A stretch of 64,000 bases of DNA, taken from NCBI GenBank assembly GCA_963772725.1, contig CAVYYI010000001.1, positions 1,184,001 to 1,248,000 on the forward strand, given 5' to 3'. Below the pieces are notes generated by a model, which was not told where the DNA came from, searched no databases, and saw nothing but the letters and a program-made list of their open reading frames with translations. This document shows, piece after piece, positions 60,993 through 64,000 of the stretch. The translations under genes and the position numbers were made by a program. Within the stretch, counting starts at the first letter, position 1, and each line of letters begins with the position of its first letter. The DNA is from an uncultured Phycisphaerales bacterium (lineage in GTDB: Bacteria; Planctomycetota; Phycisphaerae; Sedimentisphaerales; Anaerobacaceae).

Positions 60993-62216
60993 ATGTGGGA
61001 ACTGATAAGGGCAAATAAAAGAAATTCCATCATCCTGATGACACTTATGGCGTTGTGTCTGATAGGACTGGGTCTTGTTATCGGCATCGTCTTTTTCGGA
61101 CAAGATGGTGCTTTTTTCGGGCTTATTATTTCATCTGCCATCTGGACGCTGCTCGCGATAATTAGTTTTTCCTCCGGCGACCAGATACTTTTGTCAGCCA
61201 GTAAAGCTGTTCCAGTTACGCACGATGTGCGTCCGCAGCTTTTCAACGTTGTCGAGGAGATGAGTATCGCCGCGGGTGTGCCGGTACCAAAAATTTATAT
61301 TATCAACGACCCTGCACCAAACGCTTTCGCAACAGGCAGGAGTCCTGAAACCGCTTCTGTCGCCGTAACAGCGGGATTATTGGCAAGATTGAACCGCGAC
61401 GAACTCCAGGGGGTTATCGGCCACGAGATGAGTCATATCGTGCATCGCGACATCCTTTTTGTTACCCTCGCCGGTATTATGCTCGGCTCAATCGTTCTGC
61501 TCTCGCAGGTCTTTTTAAGAAGTATGTTTTACGGCTCAATGGGCTCACGAAGAAGATATTCTTCCGATTCGCGAGACTCCGGCCAGGCCGCGCTAGTGAT
61601 GATGGTAATTGCTATTTTAGCGGCAATTCTCGCACCGATTATGGCACAACTGCTGTATTTCGCCCTTTCGAGAAAACGCGAATATCTCGCCGACGCAGGT
61701 TCTGCCAGACTTACCCGTTACCCCGAGGGACTGGCAAGTGCCCTGGAAAAAATCGCCAACGACCCCGGCCCGGAATTAGCCTCGGCAAATAAAGTTACCG
61801 CGCCGATGTATATTATCAATCCCTTTAAGAAAAAGATGAAACTTTCCGACTGGACAAGCACTCACCCGCCAATCGCTGAACGTGTAAAGATTCTGCGAAA
61901 TATGGGCAGCGGAGTATCATTCAAAAATTATTCCGATGCTTACAGCAGCATAACACACCATAAAACAATTGTACCGGCTTCGGCACTGTCTCCGGAAGAT
62001 ATTGCCTTGCGTCAGGCCTCCGCTGAGAGCAAAGAACAGCAGCGGACAAAACAGATGCATCAGATTGGCGACATTATGCGAAAAGTCAGCGGCTTTTTAT
62101 TGCTCACCTGCGTCTGCGGAATCAAATTAAAAATTCCCCCAAACTACAAAAGTGATAAAGTTCAATGTCCCCGCTGCGGCAGAATATTGAACCTCCCTCA
62201 AACCTCCGAAATATAA
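60993..62216 (+). CDS. htpX: M48 zinc metalloprotease HtpX-like with C-terminal Cys4 domain
   Basis: PNAFATG, HEMSH, SRKREYLAD, STHPPI.ER; follows lemA. Confidence 0.9.
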   Translation: MWELIRANKRNSIILMTLMALCLIGLGLVIGIVFFGQDGAFFGLIISSAIWTLLAIISFSSGDQILLSASKAVPVTHDVRPQLFNVVEEMSIAAGVPVPKIYIINDPAPNAFATGRSPETASVAVTAGLLARLNRDELQGVIGHEMSHIVHRDILFVTLAGIMLGSIVLLSQVFLRSMFYGSMGSRRRYSSDSRDSGQAALVMMVIAILAAILAPIMAQLLYFALSRKREYLADAGSARLTRYPEGLASALEKIANDPGPELASANKVTAPMYIINPFKKKMKLSDWTSTHPPIAERVKILRNMGSGVSFKNYSDAYSSITHHKTIVPASALSPEDIALRQASAESKEQQRTKQMHQIGDIMRKVSGFLLLTCVCGIKLKIPPNYKSDKVQCPRCGRILNLPQTSEI

Positions 62217-62225
62217 ACCGTATAT

Positions 62226-63113
62226 TTATGTTGGCCGCAGAGAATAATCTGACCGCAAGTTTTTAAATGAATTAGGTGAGATACCGAAGACTTTCTTGAA
62301 GGCGCGAGAAAAATGAAACGGGTCATCAAAACCCAGCTCAAAAGCTATCTCTTTAACAAGGATGTCCGGCTGACGTAAACGTTCAGCAGCAGCGGCCATC
62401 TTTAAGTATATCAGGTATTGGTAGGGGCTTTGCGTATCAAACCGTTTGAACAATCGGCATAAATAAGCATGATCAATATTACAGTGGGCGGCAATACTTT
62501 GAAGCGAATTTAATGCGGCAAAGTTATCCTGGATATGCTGTCGACAGCTTTGATAGGTAGCAAATGACCGGGTCAATTGTGTTTTTTCAGTAACTGTTGT
62601 TTCAGCAATTCTATAAAATAAATACTCTAACAGTGTTGAACATATCATGGATTTATACGGGCTGTCCGAAAGACCGTGTCGAATCATATCATCGAAGATT
62701 CGAGTTATTTCATCCGGTCGGCTTACACGAGCTGCCGTTCCGGGGGCTGAAACATATTTCCTGAGCATTTGCTTGGCGGTACTTCCAACAAAATCAACAA
62801 AATATTTTGTCATTACGCGACTCGAATCTGTCGTGATTACCTGGCTGATTTGCGGCCCGTACGAAAAGATAGTTCCAGGTGTTAGAGTAAATGGTTGACC
62901 CGCTAAAATAGCGACACCTTCCCCTTTTGCTACGAACTCTATTGAATAATATGGAAAATCTTTTCTGTCTATCCTGAAATCCGGGCGTGTCTGTTCGCAG
63001 CCGCCGCAAACTATTTTTATCTTCGAACTCCTTTGAGTGGCACCTTCAATGTAAAATCGCTTGGCTTGAACCACCTGCTTGGAAAAAAATTCAGGTTCTT
63101 TTGTTTGTTCCAT
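62226..63113 (-). CDS. AraC-family transcriptional regulator
   Basis: Cupin-like N-terminus; YLCRLFK, VKEIAFELGFDDPFHFSRAFKK. Confidence 0.92.
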   Translation of the reverse strand: MEQTKEPEFFSKQVVQAKRFYIEGATQRSSKIKIVCGGCEQTRPDFRIDRKDFPYYSIEFVAKGEGVAILAGQPFTLTPGTIFSYGPQISQVITTDSSRVMTKYFVDFVGSTAKQMLRKYVSAPGTAARVSRPDEITRIFDDMIRHGLSDSPYKSMICSTLLEYLFYRIAETTVTEKTQLTRSFATYQSCRQHIQDNFAALNSLQSIAAHCNIDHAYLCRLFKRFDTQSPYQYLIYLKMAAAAERLRQPDILVKEIAFELGFDDPFHFSRAFKKVFGISPNSFKNLRSDYSLRPT

Positions 63114-63129
63114 TATAATACTTCCAAAA

Positions 63130-63197
63130 AGTCAAAAAATGGCATGCTTTAGTCAATATTAGCCATTTTTAAGTATTATATTAAGATTATAATACTT
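63130..63197. promoter_or_regulatory. Candidate regulator sites between divergent araC-like and epimerase genes
   Basis: AGTCAA..(T)RGCAT-like direct repeats 21 bp apart; 10-bp inverted repeat AAGTATTATA-N7-TATAATACTT. Confidence 0.4.
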
Positions 63198-63278
63198 TAG
63201 TCAATAAAATATAAAATCAATTTTTTCAGGCTGGCTCGAAAGTGTATCATTAAGTATTTAATTTGAAAGGTTAATAAA

Positions 63279-64000
63279 ATGACAAAGAGAACTCCTAAAA
63301 AGAAAAATTTGAGAGCAATTGACGTACTCAAAAAAGATGACTTGATTGTAATTGGCGGTGCGGGTGGATTTATCGCAGGTACACTGGCAAAGTATTTCAG
63401 TGAGCAGGGATTTACACATATCCGTGCTATTGACAAGAAACCGCTTCCAGAATGGTACCAGATTACACCATGCGTTGAAAGCTTGTGTATGGATTTGAGT
63501 GAAAAGAAATGTGCAGTCGAGGCCTGTAAGGGCGCCAGGGAAGTGTATAATCTGGCGGCGGATATGGGCGGTATGGGTTTCATTGAAAAATTTCGAATTG
63601 AATGTCTTAGGAGTGTTTTAATTAATACGCATATGATTGAGGCGGCTTACAAGGCGGGTGCAGAGCGGTACTTCTTCTCTTCGTCTGCCTGCGCTTATAA
63701 TGTTAATCTGCAGAAAGACCCGCATGTCCGGGCGCTGAAAGAATCCGATGCTTATCCGGCGATGTCCGAGCGAGGTTACGGCTGGGAGAAATTGATTTCA
63801 GAGATGTTTTGCGAGGAATACTGGGCCGAGCGAGGGATGATGACAGCAATTGCTCGTTTCCACAATGTTTATGGTCCCTATGGCACATGGGATGGCGGCA
63901 GAGAGAAAGCGCCTGCTGCGATTTGCCGCAAGGTAATTGAAGCCAAAGACAGCGGGAACCTCAAAATTGACATTTGGGGCAGCGGGCATCAGACCCGAAG
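63279..64000 (+). CDS. NAD-dependent epimerase, GDP-mannose 3,5-epimerase-like (3' truncated by window edge; not in the ORF track)
   Basis: GGAGGFIA, YNLAADMGGMGFI, SSSACAY, YGWEKL, RFHNVYGPYGTWDGGREKAPAAICRK. Confidence 0.9.
   Translation, partial: MTKRTPKKKNLRAIDVLKKDDLIVIGGAGGFIAGTLAKYFSEQGFTHIRAIDKKPLPEWYQITPCVESLCMDLSEKKCAVEACKGAREVYNLAADMGGMGFIEKFRIECLRSVLINTHMIEAAYKAGAERYFFSSSACAYNVNLQKDPHVRALKESDAYPAMSERGYGWEKLISEMFCEEYWAERGMMTAIARFHNVYGPYGTWDGGREKAPAAICRKVIEAKDSGNLKIDIWGSGHQTR

Overview
Bacterial chromosomal window, most likely Planctomycetota (Phycisphaerae-like). This is inferred from PEP-CTERM proteins, a DUF1559-like prepilin, a long LptD-like protein and a planctomycete-style T2SS operon. 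Housekeeping content: polyprenyl synthase, ilvE, lolD plus two LolC/E permeases, lysS, S41 protease, fba, lptD-like, hisH/hisF, glmS, a gspE-F-G-H-I-J-K-L-M-C-D operon, xth, tRNA-Gln, GalK-like kinase, galM, lemA, htpX, an AraC regulator and an epimerase. Accessory content: three IS elements with readable ends and target-site duplications, two fused restriction-modification genes, dinD, a GIY-YIG nuclease, and a tandemly duplicated PEP-CTERM + RCC1-repeat surface-protein unit. The strongest new observation is a ~170-nt multi-stem RNA structure in the long 5' leader of both PEP-CTERM genes. Its stems differ in sequence between the copies but still pair (compensatory changes), it carries GNRA loops, and it has a covarying alternative pairing, so it is a candidate undescribed cis-regulatory RNA switch. 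Other observations: a dense set of 7-/9-bp periodic REP-like elements that cluster and nest at accessory-gene borders, a 12 x 21-bp array, and enrichment of D/E-x-N motifs in exported proteins. About ten conserved genes carry single-base frameshifts that look like long-read assembly errors. No database searches were possible; all calls come from motif recognition.
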